A stretch of 64,000 nt of DNA from Asterias rubens (GCF_902459465.1 NC_047076.1:1426001-1490000); one strand, 5' to 3'; numbered from the stretch's first letter, positions 38,187 to 51,539 are shown. Numbers and translations are program-made. Notes: generated from the letters alone by a model not told the origin.

Positions 38187-41100
38187 CCATCAACAGTCAA
38201 TGGTCAATATAAAAGCGTGCAGCCAGGATAGTTATTAATGATTGATTCTTCAATCATGCAATCTCCATACCCTTCCCCACCCCACACCCACAATACATAG
38301 TTCCAGTACCATACATAATCGGCCAGTCCGATGCATTAAATTTCTAAGAGTGTGTTACAGTGTTGATGGCTAGCTCTCGAAGCCTTGCCATCATCCGATG
38401 ACAGAAAGACTGACCAGTCATGCTAGTAGCTGAAACAGTGTGACCCTCATGATTCTTGTCAAGACCCATTGTGCCCTTGAAGTTGTCATGGTTACCGTGT
38501 CAATTTTAATAGTACTAGAGAAATAGGTGTGAGGAATATGAACTACATCTCCCGCGTTTATTATCCTTTATGTTTAAAACCAAAACAGCAACAAATGTAC
38601 AGCGAACAGAAACTGTACAACTGTATAGTAAAACAAAAAAACTTAAAATTAAATATAAAATCGTTCAGAGTTTCCAGATTTTAATGGTCAACAGTTTTCC
38701 ATTGATGCTCAGCACAATCTTTACAATTCTCAGTGCAAATTTTACTTAAATTCCTTTCAAGCAACAAAATTAATTAACAAAAATCTTTTGAAACCTCAAT
38801 GCAATATTTTCTATTCGTTTCAAGCAAAAATTAATTAATAAAAATACAAATTTCAACATACACATCCCTGTGTAAAATCATTGAGTTCTCAGATTTCAAT
38901 GGCCGACGCTATTCCCATTCGCTGTTGAATTACTCATTGATGCCCAGCACAATCTTTAGAAACCTCACTGCAATTTCGTCCGTTTCTTTCTAGTAAAAAC
39001 CCTTGAGGAGTGCGTGTAGCTTTACAGAGAGATTGATGTGAGTGGACTCTGGAGTGACCTCATCTGATGCGAGTGAATAATGGTTTTCCTCTGAATCCAT
39101 TTAAATGGCTGAGATGGAACAATCCTACTGTACTTGATGCAAATTGTAGCATACATACATCTATGCATGCACTGTGCAAAGCCACAATGTGTGTGGGTAC
39201 TCATTTTGTTTTCGTGTCCATTTTATAAATAATAGTTTGAAATAACTATGACTAAAAAAAGAGCACAAAAGTTTGATTTTTTTTCAAATTCAAGATCTGA
39301 TTAATTTAATTCAACAGACATTTATTTTTCATGTTGACAATAACAATTAAGCAAACAGTAGAAAACAAATAACAATGAGTAAAATAATGAAGGATGGATG
39401 CCAGATAATTTAACCAGTAATACAGTGTACATGTATAGAAATTTAAAAATAATAACTACAGAAATGTACGTGCTAGTCAACTCAACATGCAGGGAAAATA
39501 TTTTTTACATTGCTTTTGATTAGCCCAAAGAAAATGTCTATCTCCATGAATTCATTTTACAGGCATGATAGTTGGCCCTTGGAAAATACACTCGTTTTAA
39601 AGATTCATCCCAACAATACATACAGTGACATGCACAATCTGAACAATGGGGAAAATGCATTTTTGACATTTTATTCATTGTGCAACAACACACACTGAAT
39701 AGTGTAGGCCTACATGGACAGACAAGAAAAACCTTTGTAAAAGTGGTTTAAGAATTTAATTTTCTATGAATATTGTTTGTGTTGGGTAGAAAAAGGTCAC
39801 CTTTCATTCAGCCTATATCAGTCAGTCATGCGTCCAGGAAGCCGTGCGAAACCAATCCACCCAAAAATTCATTTATCATTTTCATATTCAATGAACCAAA
39901 TCTGATGAAATTTTCACAGGGTTGGGCGTTAAGGTTTGACAATATATCAATTGTGAATATGTAACAACAGAAACAGGTGACAATAAAGAGATGTTACCTT
40001 GTGAAAACAGTTCTACGTTATAGGATTTGAGGCATTGCATTGTGAAGTATCAATAATATTGGTTTGCCGAAACACCATGTCAGCATGTGGGTATCTACTT
40101 GCTGGGTAGAGTTTGTTTTTAGAGAGTTGTCTTTCTTTATTCTACTACGGTGGAGTAGATTTATCGGATGTTCGGGAGACTTCTCAGTTGTCCTGCTTTT
40201 TAACGACTACCCAGCCGGAAGGTTTATAGAACAATTGGCTGGGACTACTACTTTAGCTTTGAGGGTCGTAATTAACTGCACTACCGAGAAGTCAGTTCTA
40301 GAATTGGTCTCAACGTTTCGTCTAGATTGCTCTAGTCAGCGTCACGGGACTGTTCTACTTTACTTTTACACAATGGTCATGAAATCAGATCCGGAAACTA
40401 CATGCACCCATAAGCCTGGAATTAATCACACTAGAACTGCCTGATTCTCGGAATGGCTTCGAAAGTAACTACAGCATAATTTTAAAATTTTGGTTTTGAA
40501 ATTGAATTGAAATTTAAAATCTGGGTGACCAAATTTTTCACTTTATGTATGTAAAATTGATGTAAATGACAGTTAAAACAGGGCGTCCAAAATTTTAAAA
40601 GGGTGTCCAAAAGAAACCGCTCTGTCTAAAACTATGACAAGTTCTATGGTTTGGACATTTTTATTCCAGTTACTAATAAATTAAAATACAGTAATTTTAA
40701 ACATCGTACATGATCAAAATTCTCCATTAAAACCTTGACAGTTCTAGTTACGCTCAGATGAATTTTTTCATTTTATAATTTCAATTAATTGAAAACCTGG
40801 CGTCATCAGATCACACGACACCAGTCATTGATCCGACTGCAATCAAAGCCTGCTCATTAATCCGTCCACAGTCACTATAATGCTAAATATCAGTCCATCA
40901 CACACAGTCAATAATACTTATAATAATTCAATTCATGCATGACGTACAGTAAGATGGCCGCTGCATCAATGACCAATGGACTTAATACAAACACTCAGTG
41001 TGCAAACACGATGGACAAGCAATACACACTGCAACTGAATAATGCGTGTTGGCGTTTAATTTTATTTATTTACCATGAGCTGCTGTGCTCGGTTGTTTTC

Positions 41101-43081
41101 TTTTCTTTTGATTTTTTTCCTTTCATCAGAATAATTTGGGGTTGAACAAATAATGACTATAGTAAATAGTATGCTAAAGCGAGACTTGAACCTACAACCT
41201 CCAGATTAATAGTCATCATGACCAACAGAGGTATCTACAGAGCCCTACATGTATGTTGATGGTCTCCCAACTTTGTCCGTTTTCTTAATATTATTTGGTA
41301 CATGTAGTTGCCACATTTCTAAGCCATTCAACCTACATGTATATTAACTGTCGTCGTAAAGCCAGGGATCACACTCAAGTTTATGATACAACCTCACTTA
41401 AATTATAAAAAAATATCAAGAAATTGGGGCCTAGTATACCACAAAGGAAACTAACTGGGTTAATTTCAAATTAATGTCTGTTTATAAAAAAAAATCTTTT
41501 TGAAGGAAAATGCATTCAGTGTTGTTTAGAACCAACTATTTTGAGCTCACCTCTATAATTAAATTTGATTTTAAAAAAACAGGATGGGAATTAATTAACT
41601 CTTCCAAAAACCAAACGATTTATAATTTTATGAAAAATGGCACCCGATTCCTGTTTCATGGCTAAGGAAATTAAAGCTTAAAATTCATTATAAAATGTAC
41701 TGTTTGTTGATTAGGTTTGTTTTCACCTAAAGAATGTTGTTTTTCTTGTCATCACATTGAGTGGTATTTTCATCAGTCATTCTTCGTAAACAAATCAAAC
41801 TGGTAATTACACATGTCAAAGAACCCATTCTTCCTAGCCGCATCTCAATAAACGCATACAAATGATGTTAATGACGTCAATCGAGAGGGAATTAATTTCA
41901 TATTGTGTCCGCGGTGCATGGCCGACACCATGGCCCTGATGAACTGACATCCTGTGATGTGTATGATTAGGAGTTTGCAGGAGATAAGACGCTGTCCTAC
42001 GTGATCAAGTCATGCATTAAGAAAGCAAACCATTTATCGCTGTCTCATACTTTGGTTGGTCATTTACCTCATGTCAACCTGTACTTAAACAAACAAATGT
42101 TTAGCGTCCCAGCAAGCTTCCTTTTTAGAGACCGCCTCCTTTTGTTTTCCTTTTTCTTTTTTCAACGAAAACTAAATCAAAACAATCTCAGACAAAAAAC
42201 TCAAATTTTAAAACATAGCCCAGCTATTTTGTCTTTAACAATGCGTCGGCCTGCCATTTTGTGAAGAAACAAAGAAAGAAATCTCCCCAGGATTTTTCAA
42301 AACTGTGGGCATTCCGCTCCCATTTTTGGGGGTGTTTGGCTAAGGCACGGTGAATTGAAAAAAACAAATTCTTGGGAATGTTGTCTACTTGGTGTTTATC
42401 TTGGTTTTGGAAGTCATACTTTGCAATCTGGAGCATTCTATGGTTTTTATCTTGATTATTTTTGTGAATATAAAAGTTTTTTTTTTTAAATCACCGGAGA
42501 TGTTCTTGTATCAGCACACAATACGCGCGTATTGGACAAATTACACCATTGAGAGAACTTTGTGTACCGATTGACTATTTGGTTGTCATACAAATTGGAG
42601 CCGATGAGAATTTCCAATGTGTTTTTCCTCAGAAAGTTTTTTTTGCAAGGGTTTTTGCCCGAATACACTCTCAGCAATTAGTCATTTTAGGTAAGTGCTG
42701 TCTCTATGGTGACACTGACATGATCATGGATAAATGGATACATTATGTTTGTTTTATCAAGATAAATGTATGAATTATGAGTAATAATATATAGGCCTAA
42801 TATTGTTTTTGTAGAGATGGTGATCTTGTAGATTCAGGGCCCAATGAAAACGAGTGAAGATGTTTTGGCAAAATGAGAAATGGTAAAAATGTGATAAATT
42901 TACACACTTGTACACACAATGTTCACATCAATCATATTCATATTAAATGAGATGAAAAGAAATGACTACCCCATGATTGTGGTTGTGCACAAAGATATTT
43001 TAACTGACAAGTGTTGACAGAAAACATTGGAAATAAGAAGAATATGCAAATGGATGGCCCAGGTTAAGAAACTTGGGAAAT

Positions 43082-43203
43082 TTTTTGACAAAGTTTTCCT
43101 CTTAAAAAAATAACCAAACATACATTAATGTTGTTTTAGTCGTTCGTTTCCTTAATGTTTATAACATTTGGTTATTTTTTTAAGAGGAAAACTTTGTCAA
43201 AAA
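43082..43203. repeat. AT-rich inverted repeat, 37-bp arms, about 48-nt spacer
   Basis: 43082-43118 pairs with 43167-43203. Confidence 0.88.
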
Positions 43204-44732
43204 CAGTATCTTGCAGAAAGAAAGGCTTTTATTAAAAGAAAAACACTTTTCAGGATTCTGTGAAAATAATAAAATCAACATTTTGTTATGTTTTGTTATT
43301 ATGTATTATTTATTAAATTATTTAATTTTGATTTTATTTTGTGTAGGGGAAGTTGTCTGTGTTGAAAATGGAGGCTACATATATTTTTTTTTTCTTTTCT
43401 TATAATTATTTGTTTTTCTTTCTTTTCTTTTTTTCTATTTTTTTTTTCTTCTTAAAAGAACCTAAAAACCCAATTCTTAAGAGTGACATACAGTCACGTT
43501 CTGGAGCTTAAAACAAATTGACACTGCATGTCATGTTGAAAAGCAAAGTTTTTCCTGCATGCATGTCCGGAGCTGTGACTTTTTTTATATTTTTGTGTCG
43601 TATTTGATGACCGGAACAGAGGTCGCAAGGACCGCTATTTAGCATAAACAGAGCATGATGAACTCACTGCAACGCTTCATTTCAGCAACACAAAGAGGAT
43701 GGTCAATGGTCAGATGCTTAAATCTCTCTTTGGGTTGGGCTGGGTTATTATGTAATCCAGGGATTCCAGGCATCCACTGTTGTGTTTCATTGTATTTTCG
43801 GCTCAATGGACAGAGAAATTAATTGAATGAAATAATTAAGTTAAAAACAAATTTGAGATGTTTGTTTCTATTTGCTTTTTTCTTGTCTCTTTTTTGTTAG
43901 GGGGGGGGGGGGTACTTTAAAGTATTCTAATTGAAAATACATAAAAATTTGGGGGGGGGAGACAAAAAAAATTGGCAAATTTCAACCTGTTGATTTATCA
44001 GTGCATCGTAACCCTCATCACCCTTCTTCAGAAGGACCAAGGGTTGTGAACATCGCCATTGAACTAGTTATTAAAAAAAAATTGAATTAATTGCAAGTGA
44101 ATTTTGATTCCCTTAATATCTTTATTACTAATTTTGACAAGCTTTGTGATACCACCTAACCGTGGATTGCAATAAAAAACAATTGACTGGTTTAGTTATT
44201 TTATAAATATACACAACACCCAAATGACAACTGTCATGCCTGTAGAACGGTCAGCCAACTCTCGGCACGTCCCATAAAAATTAGTCCAAACTAATTAATA
44301 GAATCATAAATTTGCTTTTTCCGTCGTAGTGATTTTTATTTAACTAGTCGCGGTAATCATCAGGATCTTACGATTATCGCAAACATTTAAATACATACGT
44401 GTATGCAAAAACTGGCAAATCACAAATAAATAGCCAACTGATTGGCCAAAATTGAGCCTCACTCTCAGTATTAAAACTCGGTACACAAACAGGACAGCTT
44501 ACTTGGGTTTAATTTTTATTTAATTAAATTATCATGATTATGCACAACGAACAATAAATTAATAAAGCAGGCACAACAAAACAAAACTCCTAATTACTAA
44601 ATTAATTTAACACAACACACTTCCAAGAACTGTTAATGTTATAATTAATTTTTGATGTTACACATATTATAGGCTTATGAGATATGATCATAAATTAACC
44701 ATGGAGGTTCCCATCTCCGTAATTACCATTCA

Positions 44733-44758
44733 TGCAGGAATGAATATTCATTCCTGCA
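44733..44758. repeat. Perfect 26-bp palindrome TGCAGGAATGAATATTCATTCCTGCA
   Basis: Direct reading. Confidence 0.92.
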
Positions 44759-44840
44759 ATTGCAATAAAATTGAATCTGAATAATTTCGCGCGTGTAAAG
44801 CCTATGCCATTTCCTAACATTTCCACTTGTTTTTACTCAC

Positions 44841-44919
44841 CCAATTTTCCAGATGGTTCGCTCAAAGATGGACTTGGTGTGGCCAAAAGAATGACCAGAA
44901 GAAAGAGGGAAATATCCAT
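44841..44919 (-). CDS. PTPRN: IA-2/PTPRN-like exon 1, signal peptide (MDISLFLLVILLATPSPSLSEPSGKL-G)
   Basis: ATG at 44919 in caagATGG context, hydrophobic signal peptide, G|GTGAGT donor in phase 1, matching the phase of exon 2. Confidence 0.85.
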
Positions 44920-45170
44920 CTTGTCACGAAGACGTCACGTCATTTTAATTTAACATTTTCCCCAATCTGTGAAGATAAAGTTTTTATCCGGAGAACTGAC
45001 AGCTGACTATTTTGAGTTTTGACGATCGTCAAAATGTACTGCACACTCGGTTTGTGCAGTAAAAAATGTATACAAGCACTGCTGCATGTGTGGTAAACAT
45101 TGGCTGGTTCCGTAGTATAAAGTCGCACACTAACCCTTGCAAAGCAGGGTACCAGTGAAAACATGGGGGC
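44920..45170 (-). promoter_or_regulatory. Probable IA-2 5' UTR / proximal promoter with overlapping CRE-like half sites
   Basis: TGACGTGACGTCT on the minus strand about 10-25 nt upstream of the ATG; locally CpG-rich. Confidence 0.4.
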
Positions 45171-48046
45171 GAGTTATTACATTAGGCACTGGTGGGGCGA
45201 GTTCAGATCTGAAATACACATAAGTAATACGGGGCGATTTGGTAGTTCAGGGAAATTAGTTTGTTATTGTTTTTTTTTTAACTCTGCTGTTCAACAGCAG
45301 AATTTGTTGTGTAAATTTGAAGAAAAACATCAAATTTATCTCCAGCCTGTTTTAATCCATGGAGGTCGTATCACATCAAAATATGTGTTGGGTTTAGGGT
45401 TTGAAATAGTTTCGACCTGGATATTTAGTGTTTATTTATGCATTTGTTTGTTTATCATGATTACGAAATAGGACCACTCATGGAGGTAGACCTCTACCTC
45501 CATAGACCACTTATAGTTTTTAAAAGTTTTGTTCTTATAGTCTTTAGTGGAGACGTAATTATACAAATCGCAAACAAATCCTACACAATGTAACCTCAAT
45601 CCATCAGTAGATCTTGGTATTTTTTGTTTTCATATTATTATAAAAATTTACAAATTGGTCCTTTGTATAATTTATCCTTCAGAAAAATTATGAAAAATAT
45701 CTGTTGTATGAGGACAGTTTTCTCTGTCCTTACTCTATGGTTTTACTAATGTTTTTGATAAATCCAAAATACTCAAAATTTAAGATGTGCTCACATTTAA
45801 CTTCCCAAATCATAATGTCACTAAATTCATTAGAAGATAGCCTTCCCACAATAAAAGACTTCAATAAACACTCAATTTGTCAGAAAAGTTTTGTTTTATT
45901 TTGATTCATTTTTAATAACTAATTAAATAAGGCATTTTTAATGCAACAAAAACAAAATTATTGAATAATTTTTATTGGAGTTTGATTGGTGTAACTTCGA
46001 AATTAAAAATAATGTTTAAATTTATTGTCATAAATCATGTGAGTTTGACAATAAAATGGTTTTGAGTAGATTTCTAATGAGAAAACAAATAATTTTGTAA
46101 CCAACTGATCTAGGATTTATCATCACAAAAGAGCACAATTTCATAAAGCTGCTTAAGCAACAACAGCTGTCTGTTTAGCAAGTATAAGCAGGATACCAAT
46201 CACAGTGCATGTGGAATGGTATTTTGGCTGATTGTATCGTTCTTAAGATGTCAGAGTTGCTTTTGGAACCAAGAAAAGGGCACTCCACACTATTGCTTAA
46301 AAATAGAAGCTCAATTACTGAAAAGCTAGACAACACATTCTTATTATTGGTTTGCGGTAACACCATGTGTGTATCTACTTGCTAGGTAGAGTTTCTTCTT
46401 TGAGAACTGTCTTGCTTAATTCTACTACCTCGGAGTAGATTGTTCGGGTGTTCGGGAGACTTCTCAGTTCTGAAAAGAACTGTCCTGCTTATTCACTATT
46501 ACCTGGGCGGATGGTATAGAATTAGGCTGGGACTACTACTTTAGCTTATAGGATCGTAATTAACTGTACTACCGCGGAGTCAGTTCTTGGGTTGGTCTCA
46601 ACGTTTCGACTAGCTTGCTCTGGTCATCATCATGTAGATAGATAGATAGAATTATCCCACAACTTATGTACATGCCCAGAGTATATGTTTACTCGTCTAT
46701 ACTGCGGTCCGGCTGGAGTGTCGATCACAAGTGGAATGTTTGTCTCGCATATTTTGAGGAAAGGACGTCATTTACAAGGGTACATGACATTTTCTTAAAT
46801 CTTATTGCAGTTTTATTGCAAACATGGGTAATTAAGTCTGGAATTTATGGCAAGAGTAGGCCCAAAGTAATGTAACCTTTAATAAAACCTCAGCTTAGTA
46901 AGCCACTGGCTTAGGCCAAATATCTTTGTTATGATACTGCAGGATACAGGGCGACTTAGTTTTGAAACCATAACAAGGAAATAAATATCAATCAAAACAA
47001 AAACAAATTGTCAACAATATTCTGCAACAAATACTGATTCATCACTGGTTTTGTTGACCCTTTTCAGCTTCACTCAAGCCAATGTCACATGAGACAGGCA
47101 ACCAGTTTCTGGCAATATCAAAGAAGAGAAGGCAGTCACATTCAAATGTTCATTTAATTATTCTTGGGAATCATGAGGCATGTTTGAAAATTTACTTCTA
47201 TGTGCTACCAAAGTTGTCCTTCAGTATGCACTGCAGTTGGTTGCCTCCAAGTTCCCTCGAAAAGTTGTCGGTTGTTTTCACAAAGAACTAAGATTCAATC
47301 TTAAATGAGTTGTCAATATCAATATAGTGATTGGTACTGTGACATCACACTTTGCTTAGCAATTAAGATTGATACAGTTAAGACCATGAGTCTAAATTCT
47401 TTTTGAAATCGGGCCCAAGAACCAACTTCATGGCTCTGCTTACCCCTAGCAGGGAATTTTTGCTTGTGCCTGTGCGTACTCCATGTTACAAGACATTCTT
47501 TGCTTACAAAACTAGCACAGAAATTTGTCATTTAAACAGAAAACAGAGAGTATCGTAAGTTCAGAGTATGGCGGTAAGCAGAGTCATCAAACTGGCCCCT
47601 TGTGTGACAAGGACCTTAGGAAGCACCAAGTTTCCATTTCTAAAAGGACTTTTGAGCTTCAACCCTTGGTCTATCAGTCTAAACATAAAGTCAATAACAA
47701 TTTCTGAAAATTACTATCATTTACATATATTTTTCTAATTTAACAAAGTCCAAATTATTAATTCTTTAGATGACCCTGGAAGAATAAATAATATAAACCG
47801 TTTTCTGCATACAGAGCACGGATTACAATTTGCGCCCCCTCCCCCATAATATGGTTACAATAAATAAATGTTATGGGTACATTTTATTTTGATGTAAACA
47901 TGTTTCTACCTTTAGAATATATAGTTCAATATTTATGTTTGGTTAGTTTCGAGTCTTCTCTGTCTTTCACCTATGTTTCTTAGACCCCGGTTCGAATCCC
48001 ACCTCAGAATGGAACTTTGATTATAGATTGGGTTTTCAGTCTCTAC

Positions 48047-48221
48047 CTGGGCACAATTTCATAGAGCACAAAAAGCAGCTAAGCACAACAAAATTGTGCT
48101 TAGCAAAATAAGTTTACCTGCCAAACTACCATGTCACATGTACAATTTGTGACAGGTATCCTGCTCGTTCCTGCTATCCTAAGCAGAAAATTGTTAAGCA
48201 GCTCTATGAAATTGGGCCCAG
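48047..48221. mobile_element. Harbinger-like MITE nested in a SINE
   Basis: CTG|GGCACAATTTCATAGAGC...GCTCTATGAAATTGGGCC|CAG; the SINE resumes on both sides (about 47985-48290). Confidence 0.65.
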
Positions 48222-48321
48222 AATGTGTGGGTTTTCCACAGTTGGGGTTTTCCTCCTACAACTAAACCCTAAAATGTCTTCAACCTGATGGTTTAGGAAG
48301 GACAGTAAAGTTTGATAACTG

Positions 48322-48405
48322 TTAACTTCCTTGCGGCTGTACTGTAGCTTGCTTCTTCCTTCGTATGGTCTCCACTAATTCTTTATACCTCAACAAACAC
48401 TCCTC
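48322..48405 (-). CDS. DNAJC1: DNAJC1 exon 9, last coding exon (EECLLRYKELVETIRRKKQATVQPQGS*)
   Basis: ttttcag acceptor, EEC..RYK.LVE...KKQ ending, TAA at 48324-48322. Spliced CDS is 1614 nt, 537 aa. Confidence 0.93.
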   Translation of the reverse strand, partial: EECLLRYKELVETIRRKKQATVQPQGS

Positions 48406-48694
48406 CTGAAAATATAAATAATAGAAAGCTTTAAAAATCTTGGCAATGCAGAAATCTAGCTACAGCCATAGCTGTAGCTATCAATTCAGGAATGACCATA
48501 GAGTACCAAGCGCACTTTTAATGAGAGACCACATGACATTTTACAAGGTGCAATTTGCAGTTTTTCCAAAAATAGTTTGCACTCTCCTGAAGACGAGCAA
48601 AGTTTACTGTTTGCAGGCCTATTGATACTTAACGGGGACAACAAATGCAATTGCCTCCATGCCCCCTGGTGCACTTGAAATGCTATGGTAGAAG

Positions 48695-49085
48695 TTAAAG
48701 AAACACATTGCCTTGGATCGGACGAGTTGGTCTTTAAAAAGCGTTTGTAACCGTTTGTTATAAAATGCATATGGATAGAAAGATCTTTTAAAAGTAGACT
48801 ACAATGATCCACACAAATTTGCCTCGAAATTGCGTGGATTTCCTTTTACTTTGCGAACTAACACGGTCGGCCATTTATGGGAGTCAAAAAGTTGACTCCC
48901 ATAAATGGCCGACCGTGTTAGTCGAAGTTTGTGAAAGAAAAACCGTGCATTTTCGAGGAATGTTTGTGTGGATTGTTGTATTCTACTTTGACAACATCTT
49001 TCTCACCATATGCATTTTATAACAAACGCTTGCAAACGCTTTTTAAAGACCAACTCAACCGATCAAAGGCAACGTGTTCCTTTAA
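48695..49085. mobile_element. Kolobok-like MITE, family C
   Basis: TTAA|AGAAACACATTGCCTTGGATCGG...CGATCAAAGGCAACGTGTTCCT|TTAA; central CGGCCATTTATGGGAGTCAA palindrome. Confidence 0.85.
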
Positions 49086-49384
49086 CAATTTCATCATAGG
49101 GTGCCATTTAACCAAGAAGAAAATCTAATAGTTGTTTAATTTACATTCAGATGTTAAATTTACATTCAGGCAAAAGAAGAAAATGCCTTGAAAGAGTTTT
49201 ATACATGGTTGTACAAGAAAATTTACAACTAAAGCCTTTCATAAACTTCAGTTTCTTAATTCTAAACCTCCTTTAAGTTCAGCAAATACATGAATTAAAG
49301 AAAGAAATTGTAGGTCTTGTAACAAAAATCCGATAAAGTTCTGATCTTCAAGAAATCTCAAAGCACAGTTTCAACAAAACTTAC

Positions 49385-49782
49385 TTTTGTCTTTCCCGGT
49401 ACTGCATCCGCAACCTTCTCCCATCTTTCTGATGTTCCTTTGGTGTAAATGGACAAAGCTTTCTCAAAGATCTTCTGTTGTCTCTGCGTCCAGCTGCACG
49501 TCTCGACACCTCCTTGTACTAACACATCCTCCCCATCATCTTGACTCTGTCTGAGGTCTTGGGGCGTCTTACTCGGTTCTGATGTCCCATTAGTTGAAGC
49601 TTCTGTTATAAGCAAAGTTCTATCCACTGCCTTGGATTGGTTTACAACTTTCGGTTTCCTTTTGGTTTGCTTGTTGCTTGTGTTGTCATTTTGTGCGATA
49701 GGTTCTGATGTCGTTATGTCATCATCAGTGAAGGTTTTGCCTGTTTTACTGCTTACCGAGTGCTTTACAGCTCCAGTAATAC
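49385..49782 (-). CDS. DNAJC1: DNAJC1 exon 8, linker and SANT domain 2 (...WTQRQQKIFEKALSIYTKGTSERWEKVADAVPGKTK)
   Basis: 398-nt open exon, phase 1 to 0; WTQ.QQK..E.AL..Y.KG..ERW.KVA..VPGK motif. Confidence 0.93.
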
Positions 49783-49835
49783 CTAAAGATAATTTAGGAA
49801 ATCAAGTTTTAGTTAATATTTATTTATTCTTGCTG

Positions 49836-50003
49836 TGAAGCCAAGGACTCTCAGAAAAGCAAACTTAATCACTGTACTAGCCAAGAACCCAATGGAACCC
49901 ATTCAGGTTGGGACTGAAAACCGAGTCCAGTCCACGTAGGGCCACTGGCGTGATTCGAACCAAGGTCCTAGAGGTGGAAGGCGAGGAAAGATACCACTAC
50001 GCC
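49836..50003 (-). mobile_element. tRNA-derived SINE, second family (relatives about 20125-20290 and 47985-48290)
   Basis: Minus strand GGCGTAGTGGTA (A box), GGTTCGAATC (B box), shared TTTTCAGTCCC.ACC body. Confidence 0.75.
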
Positions 50004-50297
50004 ATAGAGTTATATATAAGAACTAGAGGGCGCACGGGTGATGCTTCTGGCACAAACGCGACGGGACCGCAAGGAGACACGCACGCGCCATTCTGTACGC
50101 GCGTTGAATATAAAACACACGTTGGAGTTTGTGTTTATTGAACGCTACGCGATGCTGTTTTGTTCAACTCACAAAATGGCCGCACAAACACACGCTGTGG
50201 GATGCCAGTTTTGTCAACTTAGAAAATGGCCGCCTGCGCGCATGCCGGGGCGCATAGATAGGCCAGTGCGCCCTCTAGTTCTTATGTATAACTCTAT
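50004..50297. mobile_element. MITE with about 32-bp TIR ATAGAGTTATATATAAGAACTAGAGGGCGCAC
   Basis: One-mismatch inverted ends; superfamily not assignable from the TA/AT flanks. Confidence 0.75.
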
Positions 50298-50624
50298 GCA
50301 CTACTTAGTCCCTTTTCAAAACAATTACTTCGGCTTTGGATTCAGCTTAAGGCTCCATTCTCTCATCTGAAGGCCTGAGTGCATACGCAAAGCACGCACA
50401 ATTTTCTAAACAACCGTCAAGCTAGCCTGAGCCAAATCCAAAGCCGAAGCCGTGGTTTCGAAAAGGGCCTTAGTAATGAAGTTAATAGAGTAATGAATTG
50501 AATACTTCAAGTAGGTGATCTAATAATAATAATAATAATAATAATAAGACTTGTAATGCGCATGTGTCCACCCTGCTGGGTGTTCAAGGCGCAGAAAAAA
50601 CTCTTGCGCAGAAAAAAATCTTAC

Positions 50625-50691
50625 CTTGAGTTGCAGCCTGTACACTGACTACATACCCGCCAGACTTGATCTGTTTAGCCTTCTTGATAAC
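50625..50691 (-). CDS. DNAJC1: DNAJC1 exon 7 (VIKKAKQIKSGGYVVSVQAATQ)
   Basis: ttcag acceptor, AAG|GTAAGA donor, phase 0 to 1; completes SANT1. Confidence 0.88.
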
Positions 50692-51419
50692 CTGAAGCAT
50701 TTCAAATAACAACAAATCTTACTAAGAAAATGTTCACACAATATTTTCTCGTTCTCATAAGACGATCAGAGGAAAACTGATCGAAATGCCAACCAGAAAC
50801 CGGCTCTTATCAGAGCCACCACTACTCACAAAAGAAATTTCTTACATGGTGTCACCGCAAGCCTTACTTACTTCATATTTTATTCAGTTTGAGCAAATGG
50901 TACAAAAGAACTTAAGACAAAACATTCAAACTCCAAGGATGTTTTAGGTGACACCATGTGTTAATTTTCTTTGAGTTGCAGTAGAACAAGTGCATTGACC
51001 ATTCCTCTTCTCAGAACCACAACTTCTCAAAAGAGATTTTACACATGGTGCACAGCAAACGTCACGCGATTGTACTCCCACCATGCAAATGTTAAAGTCC
51101 AACATGTCTTTCAAGGGTCATGTTACACTGGGCAATTTACAGGCAGCTATTTTCAGGCAATCTCTGAGAAGAAGAAGCATTACATTTGAAAGTTCATATA
51201 ATTTTCTAGGGGATCGTAAGACATCGTCTGAAAAAAACCTCAAGTACTACCAAAGTGGTCCTGTGGCATGAACTGCAGTTGGTTGCCTTCAAGTTGGCTG
51301 CAAAATTTGCCTCGTTTGGCAAGGACCTTAGAGCTATCTAAACTCAGAGGGTTTGGAGCCAGTTGTTACCCAGCCGGATAATATTGAACAGATGGGGTAA
51401 TTAGGGCTACTTCTCCTAC

Positions 51420-51539
51420 CTCATCTACTGGTCTGAATATCTCATCAGCGATCTTCTCCCATCTTGCCGTTGTACCACCAGGAAACCTGGCCATTACACG
51501 GATCAGTTTGGTCACTTCATCTTGGCTCCATTCTCCAGC
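51420..51539 (-). CDS. DNAJC1: DNAJC1 exon 6, SANT/Myb domain 1 (AGEWSQDEVTKLIRVMARFPGGTTARWEKIADEIFRPVDE)
   Basis: W..E...L......FPGGT..RWEKIA motif; canonical splice sites, phase 0 to 0. Confidence 0.95.
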
